A stretch of 52,938 nucleotides of DNA from Eledone cirrhosa (lineage: Eukaryota). The first letter of the stretch is position 1. Each line of letters starts with the position of its first letter. Shown one piece after another: positions 12,552-25,406 of the stretch. The notes beneath the pieces were generated by a model. It worked only from the letters and a program-made list of their open reading frames with translations, did no database searches and was not told the DNA's origin. The DNA lies in the NCBI GenBank assembly GCA_964016885.1, contig CAXHJY010001234.1, positions 1 to 52,938 on the forward strand, given 5' to 3'. The translations under genes were made by a program, and so were the position numbers.

Positions 12552-12889
12552 TTAAAGTATGTATATTTTCCTGAATATTATTTGCTCTATTTATATGTAT
12601 ACAAATTGCTATGTTTCTCAAACACTATATGACTCTTTCTCTACATACATATTTTAAATTTGAATAATTTATGCTCTGAACCAAGGTCCATTGAGCTTAT
12701 TTATTGAGAAACATGATCATCATGCATATTAAATATGTATCAATTCCGTAACATAGAATATATATATATATATGTATATTTAATGATCATGTGATAAAGT
12801 GATAATTTTTTTGCCAAGTCACTGAAAACTGTGGTCTAATTTCAATGTTTAATGCTTTGATGGTTTTAGCTCTCCTGAGGCTACGGTAG

Positions 12890-12980
12890 AAATTTACCCA
12901 AGGTACCACACAGTGGGACTAAACCCCAAAACACATGATTGCAAAGTTATCTTCTTAATTACTCACTCATGCCTGTTCCT
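12890..12980 (-). mobile_element. Degenerate tRNA-derived SINE head
   Basis: Minus strand has B-box-like GGGTTTAGTCCC followed by ACTGTGTGGTACCTTGGGTAA, a typical tRNA-SINE head/core junction. Confidence 0.5.
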
Positions 12981-14799
12981 AGAAGCTAAAGGCAATCTTG
13001 ATTGTGTTCATTAAAAAAAATATTTTCCCAAAACCTACTTATAGAAAGTTTGAAAATAATAGCCAAAGAGGAAAAATAAAAGTAAATTCTATAAGTGAAA
13101 TATTTTTGAGCTTATTTGTCATGGTTTAAAAAATTTGTGAATGAAATGAAGGATGTTTGAAGAAATTAAGATACAAGAGAATCTGATCTGTTAATGCTCC
13201 TCTTCTTTTTTTATAGAATAAAGAACTGATGAAAAAGAACTTAGAAGATATGAACATATCATACTTTAAATTAAGTGCACAAAGGTCTTCCTTACTCATT
13301 AGGTGAAGTGGTGACAACAATAATTTAAATGGAATTGAAATGTTTTGGAGTCTTGACTCATATCTTAAATAGTTTATGAAACATCAAAATGTTTATAGCA
13401 AACAGTAAAACTCAGTAACATTTACCAAAGCTAAAGAAATAAAAGCTCATTTAATTTTATCAACAGAAAATATATTGAAATATTTTATTCTAAGATAAAT
13501 GAAATTAAAAACAAAACTCACATACAATGAAACTCCCCACCCTCACCTCCATACACTAGAAGATAATCACTCCTATTATAAAGCATTTGTATTTAACATT
13601 TTTAAAAACTTTTTCCAAAATAATCACGTGTCAGACAAAATTGTTTCCTTCCTCAATGCTTCATTTAACTATGTAAAGAAAAACATTCTTAGCCTATTTC
13701 AGTGAAGTTTGTGCACATATTTCACCAGTTGAGATCTTTCCATAACCCATCAGTCATATGTTAAAAGTACTGAAGTACTTGTATGGAATCTTAACTTTAA
13801 AGTTGTTTTGTAACCAAAAGGTTTGTATACCCCTAGCTAAACATGTATAGAAAAAATAATGGGAACATTTAATGACAGAATCTGTCAGCTTCAGTTACTT
13901 ATTGACAAATATATGAAGACTGTATAGAGTGGACTAGCTAATGACACAAAAGACTTGTTCTATGACTCATTCTTGAAATCTTTCTATAGTTAGATGACAA
14001 AGTGTTTATTATGCATGGGACCAATGTTTATGGGAAGTCAGATGGTTAATATAGCATGTGAAGTGTTTATGGACATGGGACAGGAAACAAAGGAGTGAGG
14101 GTATTAGACTTCCATAATGCAAATTATTTAGAGGTAGGTCATATGAATCCTAAAGAAACAAACTAGGAAACTTTTCCATATAATAAAAATATGTTTAGAA
14201 TAAAAAATCTATTCTGCACAAAATGATTTGTCATATTATAACATGGTAGTGAGAAAGGTTAAGAACTAGATACATAAAAACAAGTATTGAAGCTAGAAGC
14301 AATACTTGGGAAAGGGGGTATGAGTAGAAAAGAGATTGAAATAATAATAATGCCACTACAAGAACAGTCAATATACACAGAACTTTGGAAATGTAAATGA
14401 AATTAGCTAAACTTGTTTTTCAAAAGATTATGCAAAGAACGGAAACCCCACAACATAAGATGACTAACATGGGCTGAGATGAACAGTAATTAAGTAAAGT
14501 GAAGCATTTTCATATTAAAAGGAAGTAAAATTAAGAACTTAGTCAATGTATAGCTAAGAAGTAGACACAAATTCATATATTTTTGCAAATATATATAGTT
14601 TAGAGGAAGGAAAAGGTGAGAGAAAGTGGTGTTGGTGCTTTGGTTGTTAGACAAATAAATTCACTTATATATATTACAACCAATGCAAAACTACAATCTT
14701 CCCTTTCTTCCTCACTAAGACAAAGAGTAAGGGCCTCAAATATGAGAAAGCCTACCCTCTCCAGCAAGCGAACTTGTTAAATTCTTCCATCAACTACCA

Positions 14800-15020
14800 T
14801 ATAAATTATAGATTAAATGGAAAAATCACACCTGCAATTACCTGAAAGAAGTCAGTTTCTCCTTTTGCTGTCAGGACCATAGCAGGATTGCTTTTGTACA
14901 TGATCCTGATTCCATTAACAAGTTTGAGAGGATTACCCATAAGCAAGTAGAACTTCAAACATATGTTCATGGTTAATGCTATCAAAAGCTTTTTGAAAGT
15001 TTATAAATACAGTTCTCGAA
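14800..15020 (-). pseudogene. Decayed RTE RT fragment (family A-like)
   Basis: FINFQKAFDSINHEHMFEVLLAYG followed by AMVLTAKGETDFFQVIAGV, collinear with FIDFRKAFDSV...AQVITPDGMTEFFEILAGV of the intact ORF. Confidence 0.75.
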
Positions 15021-15948
15021 AAAGCAAATGATTTCAAATAACTTGGCACATACACCAACTCATCAAATGATATAAAGAACAGGATGACACAAGCATAGTC
15101 TGCAGTGAACTCATTAGTTAAGGTGTGGAAATCTAACATAACCACAAAAACAAAAGTTAGATTATTCAAAGCTATTGTGAAATCAATATTACTGTATTCC
15201 TGTGAATCATGGTTGGTGACAATACCTATCACCAAAGTTTTAGATGATTGCTACACACAAATGTAAGAAGGATAAAAAACATCAAACCTCTCAAGAAAGG
15301 CAATAGGCTCAATCAGTATTTTCAGTTTACCTTTTACTTCCCCTAATTTTGGAGACATAGTTTGGTTTATCTATTTATTTTCTTTAGTAGGAAGCTAGAT
15401 AAAGATGATATTGAAAATTAAACCAATTAATGTGTGAAAACCTAAAGGATTATAGAACAGCTGTGCCCTCTGGGGTCATTACAGGGATTCTGAAGCTAAC
15501 AAAATTGCCAGATTTGGTGTCAGCAGTCTGTGCATTAAAATAGAGAAATATAAGAGATTAAAATTAATAGGGCAGGTGAAGATGATGCTGGTATAAAGCT
15601 AATACAAAAGCATACACACATATATTATATACATATATATATACATGCACACATATATACACATATAGATATACACACATACATTACATACATATATATA
15701 TATATATACACACACACACATTATATACATACACAACATATATATGTCTGTTGTGTTTTCATCCTGAATAGCTATCTTCGAATATTATTGATGTATTGGT
15801 AGAGTATAGACCTGTCTTTGGAAGCAACCAAAACAATGACCTCCAGAAGACAGCCGATGAGTGGGAATTGTCCATGTGTTTGTCTCTTCTGAGGTTTCTA
15901 TTTCTTGTATTTATCCCATGTGTCTTTTTAAGTTATATATATATAAAC

Positions 15949-16290
15949 ATTATTATTATTATTGGCATCTGTCGGCCTCAAAAGGCCATGGATCTGCGCC
16001 TGAAAAATTTTGCGTCAGCTGGTGATGGCAGTGCAGTGTCTGCTGTGGCTGTACAGGCCCACACGGAAAGGCAGTCCCGTATACAGCCACTGCATTTGTT
16101 GATGCTCTCCTCCGATGCAATCGTGTTCTTTTTTCGAGCATGCTGTTCCTTGGAGGCAAGTTTCAGTTTCTCCTCCCCTCGATCCATCCCCTTACACATT
16201 GCTCATCTCCATCGTGGTCGATCATTAGTGACCTCGTCCCATCTCTGGGTGCCCAGGTCTATTGACCTCATATCCCTCCTGCAAATGTCT
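15949..16290 (-). mobile_element. 3' end of an RTE-BovB-like LINE with C-terminal C2H2-type motif and (AAT)n tail
   Basis: Minus strand reads RDMRSIDLGTQRWDEVTNDRPRWR then CSGCIRDC..GLYSHSRHC across a frameshift; (ATT)n at 15949-15963. Confidence 0.7.
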
Positions 16291-16299
16291 GAAGCGAAA

Positions 16300-17985
16300 A
16301 TGAGTTACTGGTACAAGGATAAAGGACATGCACTAGATAGAGGAAACTATAGAGGAATAAAGCCGATGGACCAAGTCAAGAAAGTAGCAGCTGATTAGGG
16401 ACTGGGTAAATCTAGATGGGATGCAGTTTGGGTTTGTGCCAGGCAAAAGAACCACTGATGCCCTCTTCCTTGTGAGGCAATTACAGGAAAAGTACCTAGC
16501 TAAATGTAAGCTTCTCTACCTGGCATTTGTCAATCTGGAAAAAGCCTTCGACAGAGTGCCCCGTGCTATATTTGGTGGGCTCTTAGAAAACAGCTTGCGA
16601 AAGCTGTCAGCAAAGTTAGGGTTACAATGACTATAGCGAGGAATTTAGCATACTGGTCGGTGTCCACCAAGGCTCTGTTCTCAGTCCTCCCCTGTTTATT
16701 ATCGTATTGAAAGCTATAACAGAGGAGTTTAAGACCGGATGCCCATGGGAACTTCTGTACATGGATGATCTTACACTTAAAGCTGAATCAATGGTAGAAC
16801 TAGAGAAGCAATTCCAAACATGGAAGCAGGGACTAGAAAGAAGGGGTCACAAAGTCAACCTGACAAAGACTAAGATCCTCATAAGTAGACGAGAAAATAG
16901 AACCCAGATGCCCTCAGGGAAATGGCCTTGCTCAGTATGTAGGAAAAGTGTAGGTAAAAATTCCATCCTCTACCCCAAATGCAAACTATGAGTACACAAG
17001 AGATGTAGTGGGATCTCAGGAAGGTTAGTGAAGAATGTAGGCTTTACATGTAAGCAGTTGCACCAGGACAGTAAGCAGCAAATGGCCACAGGAAACGAGC
17101 ACTACCAAATTCTGGGAGGGCTCTGTTGAAATAGTAGACAGCTTCTGCTACCTAGGTGATCAAATTAGCAGCAGAAGTGGGTGTTCTGAAAGTACAGTGA
17201 CAAGGGTAAAAATGGGATGGAAGAAGTTCAGGGAGCTACTACCACTGCTAGCTGCAAAAGGCTTTTCCCTCAAAATGAAAGGCAGACTGTTACATGGTAG
17301 TGAGACCTGAGCGTTGTGTAGATTAGAAAGAAACTTGCATGTTCCGATGGATGTGTAATAGTAATATACGTGAACGGCAAAGCATAAAACGAATTGAGAG
17401 AGAGACTAAGCATAAGAGGAATCAAATGCTGTGTGCAAGAGAGGAGATTGCATTGGTATGAATATGTGATGCACATGAAGGATGATAGCTGCATAAAAAG
17501 GTGCAGAGCACTAAAATTCGATGGAAGCCTTGGAGTGGGGAGACCCAAGAAGACCTAGGATGAGGTGACAAAAGCTGACCTTACCCAATTGAATCTCTCA
17601 AAGGCGATGACACAGGACTGAGACCTCTGGTGTTACGCAGTAATACAGAAGGCCCAACTTCCCATGGGTACAAGCCAAAGCTGAAGCATATAGACAGTAT
17701 CCCCACCCCCACCTCCCACTGTAAAGTGGTCGTGTAGGAGTCACAACAAAAAAGCACCCAGTCCACACTGTAAAGTGGTTGTGTCGGCGCCACAGTAAAA
17801 AAGCACCCAGTACTCACTGTAAATGAGGTTGGTGTTAGGAAGGGCATCCAGCTGTAGAAATCAAGCCAAAATCAGTTCTGTTTGAGCAAGACATGGTCAC
17901 CTGACCTGGCATTGCCCACAACAGGACAACCCGTCTAACCCATGCTAGCATGGTAGAATGGACGTAAAATGGTGATGATGATGAT
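16300..17985 (+). mobile_element. 5'-truncated, decayed RTE family B LINE
   Basis: NYRGIK, QFGFVPG, EKAFDRVPR, HQGS, LYMDDL, CSVCRK..C fragments with stops and frameshifts; long 3' UTR; (GAT)n tail. Confidence 0.9.
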
Positions 17986-18594
17986 ATATATATATATAGA
18001 GAGAGAGAGAAACCTGTAACTCCTGGTGGAGCTGCAGAGGCGTTTTAGTAATGCTTCATTTACAAAATAAGAGACAAAAATGAAAATAAATTAAGTACTT
18101 TGCTGCCAAGAGTTTCTTATACACATATTTTACATTATTATGCTTTCATTAAAGCTATTTCTTCTATTAACTATGTATATGTGTATATGTATGCGTCTCT
18201 TTATGCTGTATTGAAGGCAACTATCTAACAAAAAGCAGCTATTCCAAAATAGGGGACATCGAATCTTCTTCCTGAAGACAGCATTTCTACTACTGGTTTT
18301 ATGACAAATACACCAGTTACATATGCTAGTAGCTAAAGACATCCAATCATAAAATCTCACCCAAATCTAAAATGCACAATATATATTCCTATGTCAACTG
18401 CACTAAAATGGCTAGCAACTGTTGCATCAGTACTACATGCAATAGGGGTACTATCAAATGTGAATACTCCTTGACTATAGCCATAGTACAAAAATGAAGA
18501 TTGATGATGCTAGAATGTTGTGATGGAAATGATCACACCAACTGCAATAAAATTTCATAAAATTAGACTGTCGGATATATCCAGATGTCTATAA

Positions 18595-18900
18595 GAGACA
18601 AATTAACTTATCTTGATCTAAAAAGAATAGACAAAGAATTGTGAACATCAAGACACTTCCTGAAGAGAAATATGCCTCCCAACATAGATTAGTAGTTGCA
18701 AACAAGAAAGATAAAGAAATTACAACTAGAAAGAGGAGGATGTGGAAATTGAACAAAAGGTACAACTTCCAATCACACTTTCTTTAGACATATAACTGAA
18801 GAGGAAGTTAGTTAAGTATTCTTAAGGAACAATCTGTCCACAAGCCAACAATTGCCAAATGGTTCACATAAAGCTGCCAACAACATCTGGAGGAAATCAC
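18595..18900 (+). pseudogene. Highly decayed RTE endonuclease-end fragment
   Basis: IVNIKTLPEEKYASQHRLVVA resembles the end of RTE endonuclease domains. Confidence 0.45.
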
Positions 18901-19329
18901 TTATAATCATGAGTATTCATCATCTATTGCAATATATGCAAGATGACTGACAGGAGAATAAAGGATGCTTTTTATGCATCATATGATCTGAAATATCCCT
19001 CACCTTCTGAAATTCAACTTGGCTTTCTAGTCCATTGGAAAGAGGATCTTTACACCCAATTCCACTCTGCACACGCATTACAAAAACCTCCCATATCGTT
19101 GTCCCCACCCAATCACCACATACACATAGTTGTCAAGTGCTAAATATCTCTAAGCAGCTAACTAAAATGACCAGTCCTGATTGTGTGATTGATAAGTACA
19201 CTCAGGTAGTATGTTCCCAAGCTAGCCCTTACCCTCACCATAATCTTCATCTCACTCTTAAGAACTTTCAATATTAATGCCTTTCATAACAGAACATTTT
19301 TTTCCACTTACTGATCTTTCAGCTCTTTC

Positions 19330-19590
19330 ATAGGAAGTTTGTTGTCAAATTATTACAGAGTGAAACAGTCCCACTTTCTCTCACCTACTGGCCACTCAGA
19401 AAGCTGGGGATTGATGAATGGCACATGAATATGGTTAAAGTCTTGTATGAAAATGACTTAAGCAAGCTCTCTAGATAGAGTCCAAAGGGAAATTTAAAAT
19501 ACAGCCCTGTATTCACCAGGGCTTTGTCTTCAGTTCCCTTCTATTCATTTTAGTATTTGAAGAAATAACACAAAAGTTTAAAACTGGTTT
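19330..19590 (+). pseudogene. Decayed RTE RT fragment (B/C/D-like)
   Basis: LRKLGIDEW ... HQGFVFSSLLFILVFEEITQKFKTG, collinear with the copies at 26.6-27 kb and 30.2-30.4 kb. Confidence 0.65.
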
Positions 19591-19599
19591 TATGGCAAT

Positions 19600-20260
19600 G
19601 ATGTACGTTCTAAATGTGAATGGAATTCCACTGAAGCAGGTAGAGAAGTTCAAGTATCTCAGGGCCATGTTCACAAGTGATGGAAGGCAGGATATTTGAT
19701 TTAAGTGCAAGAATTGCAGGAGCTGGTGCATTAATGTGCCAGCTTCAGCATTCAGTAATCAGAAAAAGGGTGGTAAAAGCCAAACTCGCTATCTTCAATT
19801 TGGTATTCGTGCCAACCCTTACCTATGGTCATGAATCTTGGGTAATGAGTTAAAGAATACGATCGCGAATACAAGCAGCCGAAAAGAGATTCCTCTGAAG
19901 GGTCTTTGGAGTAATGTAACTCAATAACGTATGTAGCTCGGAGATCAGAAAGTCACTTGAGGTAGAGCTGCTACTTCTCCAAATTCAGAGATCACAGCTC
20001 CGATACTATGGGCATGTGGTTAGAATGTCTCAGGAAAGAATCGCTGGACAGATTTTACGGACAAAACCAACCGGCAAGAGACTCAAGAGTAGACCCCAAG
20101 CAAGATGGTTGAATAACATCCATGAGCTTGGCTGATCACACTTGGGAATCCAGCCAGATCAGTTAGAGACGGTTGCTTCTGACAGAACCTGCTGGAAGGA
20201 GTATTTGGGGTCTCTGCTCCCACGACCCTCTCAAGAATAAGTGGGTGAAGAAGAAAAAAA
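19600..20260 (+). mobile_element. 3' part of another RTE-clade LINE (Rex3/Expander-like), decayed
   Basis: LKQVEKFKYL..FTSDGR, PTLTYGHESWV, RIRSRIQAAEKRFL, QLRYYGHVVRM, KPTGKR with in-frame stops. Confidence 0.8.
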
Positions 20261-20952
20261 TGTCCAGCCCAGGTAAACATTGGAAAAGTAAACATAAAAA
20301 TGATCATGATAATTATGATGATGGCGCAATATTGTAAAATCTGTTGAGGAGCTGTATAAATATTTCTAAAACTAAAAAATTCTTTTAAAATTAAAAGGAT
20401 TAAAATTTAACAGAAAAAAGAACTAAAGTTGATTCTTGTGAAGTTGAAGTTAGATTGAAAAAAGTGGGGGTTCAAGAAATATCAGTTGGCGACAAAGGGA
20501 TACTCCCCCAAAGCAAAGAGCAGGCTGTAACGCTAGTGAGAACTGGACATTAAATGAGAGTTAGCAACAAGTTACTTTAGGTCTCAGTTGTAACATTGTA
20601 ACAGCTTCTTTCTTCACAGAAACCATTCAGATTATCACATAATAGTTTATTCACCTCTGAAAACATAGGTTGCTCCCTAGCTCTCATCACACAAACCCAA
20701 GTGCACACAAACATAAATGTTAACATTTCTCATATAAAAAACAACAGTGAGCAAGTTTTAATAGCCCCAAATATAATGTAATTTGGACCTAATAAATAAT
20801 GAAGTTGTATTGAAATGGAATAAGAACAGATTGGAGTTAAGAAAGTATTGACAGAGTGCAGTCAATGAAGCACCTGTTGTCCATTAGTCCCATTATTCTA
20901 ACAAATACTAGGCTCGTTTTTACACAAATATACCCATACATTTTAATTACTA

Positions 20953-22406
20953 TAGTATATACTCGTATTTAAGCTGAGAAATATGTGACAAAAAAATTGA
21001 TGGTAAAATGGGGTTGGTTTATATTCGAGGTCAATATGTTGCTGATTTTCACCAACTTCCAATTTTACGCAAATAAGGTACTAAAATATCTGAAATAAAT
21101 ATTTTACAATAAAACACGTAGATTAGAGAGAAACGAAGCCTGCATGCTTCGATGGATGTGTAACAGTAATATACGTGAACGACAAAGCATAAATGAATTG
21201 AGAAACTGAGCATAAGAGGAATCAAATGCTGTGTGCAGGAGAGGCAGTTGCGCTGGTATGGACATGTGATGCGTATGAAGGATGACAGCTGCATAAAAAG
21301 GTGCAGAGCACTAGAAGTTGATGGAAACCGCGGAGTGGGGAGACCCAAGATGACCTGGGATGAGGTGATAAAAGCCGACCTTACCCAATTACACCTCTCA
21401 AAGGCAATGACACACGACCGTGACTTCTGGCGTCACGCAGTAATACAGAGTACCCGACCTCCCATGGGTACAAGCTGAAGCATATAGACAATATGCCCCC
21501 ACACCCCCCACCGCAAGGTGGTCGTGGAGGTGCCACGGCAAAAAAGCACCCAGCCCACACTGTAAAGTGGACGTGTAGGTGCCACGAAAAAGCACCCAGC
21601 ACTCACAGTAAATGAGGTTGGTGTTAGGAAGGGCATCCAGCTGTAGAAATCAAGCCAAATCAGTTCCTGTATGAGCAAGGCATGGTCAGCCGACCAGACA
21701 CTGCCCACAACAGGACAACCCGTCTAACCCATGCTAGCGTGGAAGAACAGACGTAAAATGGTGATGATGATGATGACGGAAACACTGTTTTTCTAAATTT
21801 AATACATTGTCATTAGTGTTATTTAGGCATTTCCTTGAAAATATTTCCAACAAATTTTTATAATTGAAGGTTTTAATTCATAAATATCCCACACACATAC
21901 ACGGGCACAGAGTATTTTTCTCTGACAATAATACTTTCTTTCAATCTTATGTAAGACTGAAATCTTACTTCTGACTTGTCTTATCGCTTCCACTCTCTCT
22001 CTCTTCCCTCGGTCTTGCCCTCTCCTTTTTTTTCTCTCTCGCTTTCTGTCTCTCACTCCCTCTTTTACTCTATGAATACCTCCTTATACAAAGTTCTCTT
22101 ATTCGATCTCAAAGTATTCCCAACATGTGAGTGGCTGGAAGTAAACAAAAATTTGAGAAACTTATTGAAACTATAAAAGGGAATAAATGGTAAAAAAGTA
22201 ATGGAGTTGTGAAACAAAAACTATATTCTAAACACTTAAAACATTAAAATACTAAAACTTCATAAATATATTTTATAGTCATGAGAATTTCAAAACCACA
22301 TCTAAACATGTTCATTAGCTGCCTCCACATGTAAAGCGGGGTTGGATCTTTGCCAATTTCTCAAGCATAAAAGAGGGGTGGTTGGCTTATATTCTAGTAT
22401 ATATGG
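20953..22406. mobile_element. Old non-autonomous Tc2/pogo-type DNA transposon with TA target site, interrupted by an RTE insertion
   Basis: Left TA|TAGTATATACTCGTATTTAAGC versus right end reverse-complemented TA|CCATATATACTAGAATATAAGC (imperfect TIRs). Confidence 0.55.
21117..21776 (+). mobile_element. 5'-truncated RTE family B copy
   Basis: QLRWYGHVMRM..GRPK; 3' UTR with ~2.5 sub-repeats; (GAT)n tail; possible AAACAC target duplication. Confidence 0.9.
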
Positions 22407-22581
22407 TATTACACATGTTACATGTACCTCACAAGTGGATCTAAATGTTTATATTGAACACCCTAAAAGTTTTTTTTATTTTTAAGTGAGACTGGTTTTT
22501 TTTAATGGAAATTTCATATTCTGTAGATAAGTGATGATTTTCCTTACATAGCTATTTTTCCTCCTATTATTTGATAGCTGG

Positions 22582-22767
22582 TTTGAGGGCGGTGGATTGG
22601 CAGTATCGGTAGAGGGTCGGACGCCATGCTTTGCAGCACAGTTACGTCCCTTTATGGACTGAGTTCAAATCCCGCCAAGGTTAGCTTTGCCTTTCATCCT
22701 TACGGGGTCGATAAAGTACCAGTAATACACTGGCATAATTGCTGGCCTTGTGCCAAAAGTAGAAACA
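22582..22767 (+). mobile_element. tRNA-derived SINE with 16-bp target-site duplication
   Basis: A-box-like TGGCAGTATCGG and B-box GAGTTCAAATCCC; ATTATTTGATAGCTGG flanks both ends (22566-22581 and 22768-22783). Confidence 0.88.
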
Positions 22768-23046
22768 ATTATTTGATAGCTGGCCAACCCACAAATATAT
22801 CATTGATTTCTTCAAGAAGTAGGTGGTAAATGTTTTGTTATATATTTCTGATCAATTCAACAACTAGGATGGTGACAGCTGCAAAATGACAACAATGAAA
22901 AACAGTCCAACTCATAGTAGCTTAGAAACCTAAATATAAAGAATTAATGGTATATAAAGATTGCATACCAAGTTCACCCAGAACGAAATTGAAGCCCTAA
23001 GGTTATCAAATATGGCCACTTATTTTCCTAGTTCTCATATATATAT

Positions 23047-23625
23047 ATCATCATTTTTACGTCCATTTTTCCACGCTTTGATGGATATATATATCATCAT
23101 CGTTTTTACATCTATTTTTTCACACTTGCATGGGTTAGATGGGTCCTTTTCAGCATGGCATCTCTCCACTCGTCATGTTCCTTCATTATCTCCTCTGCCA
23201 GTCTTAGCAATTTGAGGTCAGCTGTCATAACCTCTGCCTAGGTCTTTCTTGGTCTTCCTCTACTGCATCTCCCTTCCAGTGCAATTTCATGGCATTCCTT
23301 CAACCAGCGGTTATTGCCCATGCCCATCAACAGGCTCATACCAATGCACTCTTCTCTCCTGCACATGCAACGAAGCATCGTTGCTTCATTTCTCTCAAGT
23401 CTACCAATGCCCTCTGAAATCACAGCCTATGTTTCACTAAAATGCAACATCGCACTTCAAAACCTTTTATTATCAATAGTGGGAGTAGCTCTCAAAACTT
23501 CTTCCATCCTAGCCTTATTCTATCATTATACTCATGACGCACCCTACTCTGCTGCTAATTAAGTCCCCTAGATACCAGAAGCTATCAACCACTTCAATGA
23601 AGCATTCTTGTGACTGAAAAAAGTT
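23047..23625 (-). mobile_element. Decayed RTE family D-like 3' fragment with two (CAT)n tail remnants
   Basis: RLERNEATMLRCMC..RWLKEC..GRPRKT; no long 3' UTR. Confidence 0.75.
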
Positions 23626-23666
23626 TATGTCATTGGCACTCTTCCTCTCGATTACTCCTGTGCATC

Positions 23667-23827
<161 letters not shown>

Positions 23828-25101
23828 CAGGGTGCAGACAATATTTGTTCGCAAGATTACTGTCTAGGAAAAAATAACACAGTAGTTTTATTTTTTAAGA
23901 TATATTTATCAAACTTCGGTCATGACTTGTTCTTTCGATCTCACTCGATAAACCCGCCATTAGCTTTGATGACGGCCTCGGAACCGGTTACAGGCCTTCG
24001 TCACTGTCCCCCGACTTAGGCCCCTAAAGGCACTTGTGATCCTGGCCTTCAGATCGTCTTTCGTACTGCAGCTAGATCTGTTGGTGTCTCATTCCACTGT
24101 GCCCCACACAAAGAAGTCGAGGGGGTTGCAGTCAGGCGAGCTGGGAGGCGAAATGTCAGGTGAAGTGTGGTCGACGAAGTACTCTGACAGCCAGGCTTGG
24201 GTCTTTCGGCTGGTATGGCAGGGCGCTGAGTCTTGCTGCCACACGTACAGCCTACCTGCAGCTACCTGGTCGATCCAGAGCTTTACTACCTCACTCAGAA
24301 TGCGGATGTAGCCATCGGTGTTCAGCTTGAGGCCCTCAGGGAAGGAGTGAGGTGGAACGACGTCACCTTGACTGCTGACGACACCTAAGACCAATGTTGT
24401 CGCTGGAAACTTTGTCTGCATGACTCTGGGATGAGACAGCGAGCCACCTGTTGTTCTGGGAGTTTATCTTCTGGTCTTGGCAGAAGGCTTTCTCGTCGGA
24501 GAAAAACCACAGCATGTCTGACTCCAGTGGGTGTTTCAACTTGTTGATCAGCTTCTTTGCGTGCTTCAGTCGCTTTTCTTGCATCGCCTTTGACAGTAAT
24601 TGTCCTTTCCTCATCTTGTATGAAACGTAGTGAATGTCTTCATGTACCACCAGCCTAATGAGCTTTTCATCCACGCCTTTCTCCCTTGCAATGGCACGCA
24701 TCGACTTGTTAGGTTCATTGTTGATGATATCCTGAACTTCAGCGACGAACTCGGGCGTTCTGAAGGCGTCAGATCGTCGATCATGTGTTTTCATCTCTGA
24801 TGTTGCTTCGTAGTCAAATCCTGAATCTTCCAATTCCTTTCTGACCTTTTCCACCATTCTCCTGCTGACGCTGAGAAAGTCTGAAATTTCCTTATTTGTC
24901 CTCCCGGCGCGGATTCCAAGAAGAACTCCGTGTCTCTTCCACAAATTTGGAGGTTCAAAATTATTCATAATCAATTATTCTGAAAATAAATAATGGAAAT
25001 ATAGTCACTGTATTTATGAAGACAAGAGTGACAACGAAAGTAAAAAAAATTTGCATAAAATTAGCAGTTGAAAATTGCAAACAAATATCGTCCACACCCT
25101 G
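23828..25101 (-). mobile_element. Tc1/mariner-superfamily transposon, DD37D (maT) family, 1274 bp
   Basis: ~27-bp TIRs CAGGGTG(CA/TG)GAC(A/G)ATATTTGTT(C/T)GCAA; TA on both flanks; internal transposase. Confidence 0.93.
23941..24968 (-). pseudogene. DD37D transposase pseudogene
   Basis: N-terminal HTH region, WFFSDEK, VWQQDSAPCH, SPDCNPLDFFVWG (37 residues between 2nd and 3rd D), C-terminal ANGGFIE*; frameshift near 24420, premature TGA at 24089, second frameshift near 23975. Confidence 0.9.
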
Positions 25102-25241
25102 TATATATACATATGTATACATACATATACACATATATATACATATACACATATATATACATATACACACATATATACATATACATACATATATACATAC
25201 GTATACATACATATATACATACGTATACATACATATATACA

Positions 25242-25291
<50 letters not shown>

Positions 25292-25406
25292 TACTATATA
25301 CTATTGACTCCTGCATTTGTTTATTTGACCTTTTGAACTATATACATATACATATATATATACATATATACATACATATGCATACATATATATATATATA
25401 TACATA
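25102..25406. repeat. Interrupted (TA)/(TACA)n microsatellite
   Basis: Direct inspection. Confidence 0.9.

Noticed and set aside
15850-15885. CCGATGA followed by a small hairpin
   Set aside because: No GAAA or stem III; not a hammerhead.
15796-16398. 200-aa plus-strand ORF
   Set aside because: A chance read-through across an antisense BovB-like fragment into the start of an RTE family B copy.
11970-18560. Other minus-strand exon candidates (~11980-12150, 13700-13840, 15050-15135, 18370-18540)
   Set aside because: Splice-like signals are present, but the frames are closed or unrecognisable and no consistent gene model could be built.
21515-21615. Repeat-spacer-like pattern in the RTE 3' UTR
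   Set aside because: Only ~2.5 diverged tandem units with no unique spacers, in a eukaryotic LINE; not CRISPR.
22582-22680. Possible tRNA gene (A and B boxes)
   Set aside because: Box spacing is too long, no cloverleaf, and it continues into a SINE body with a TSD.
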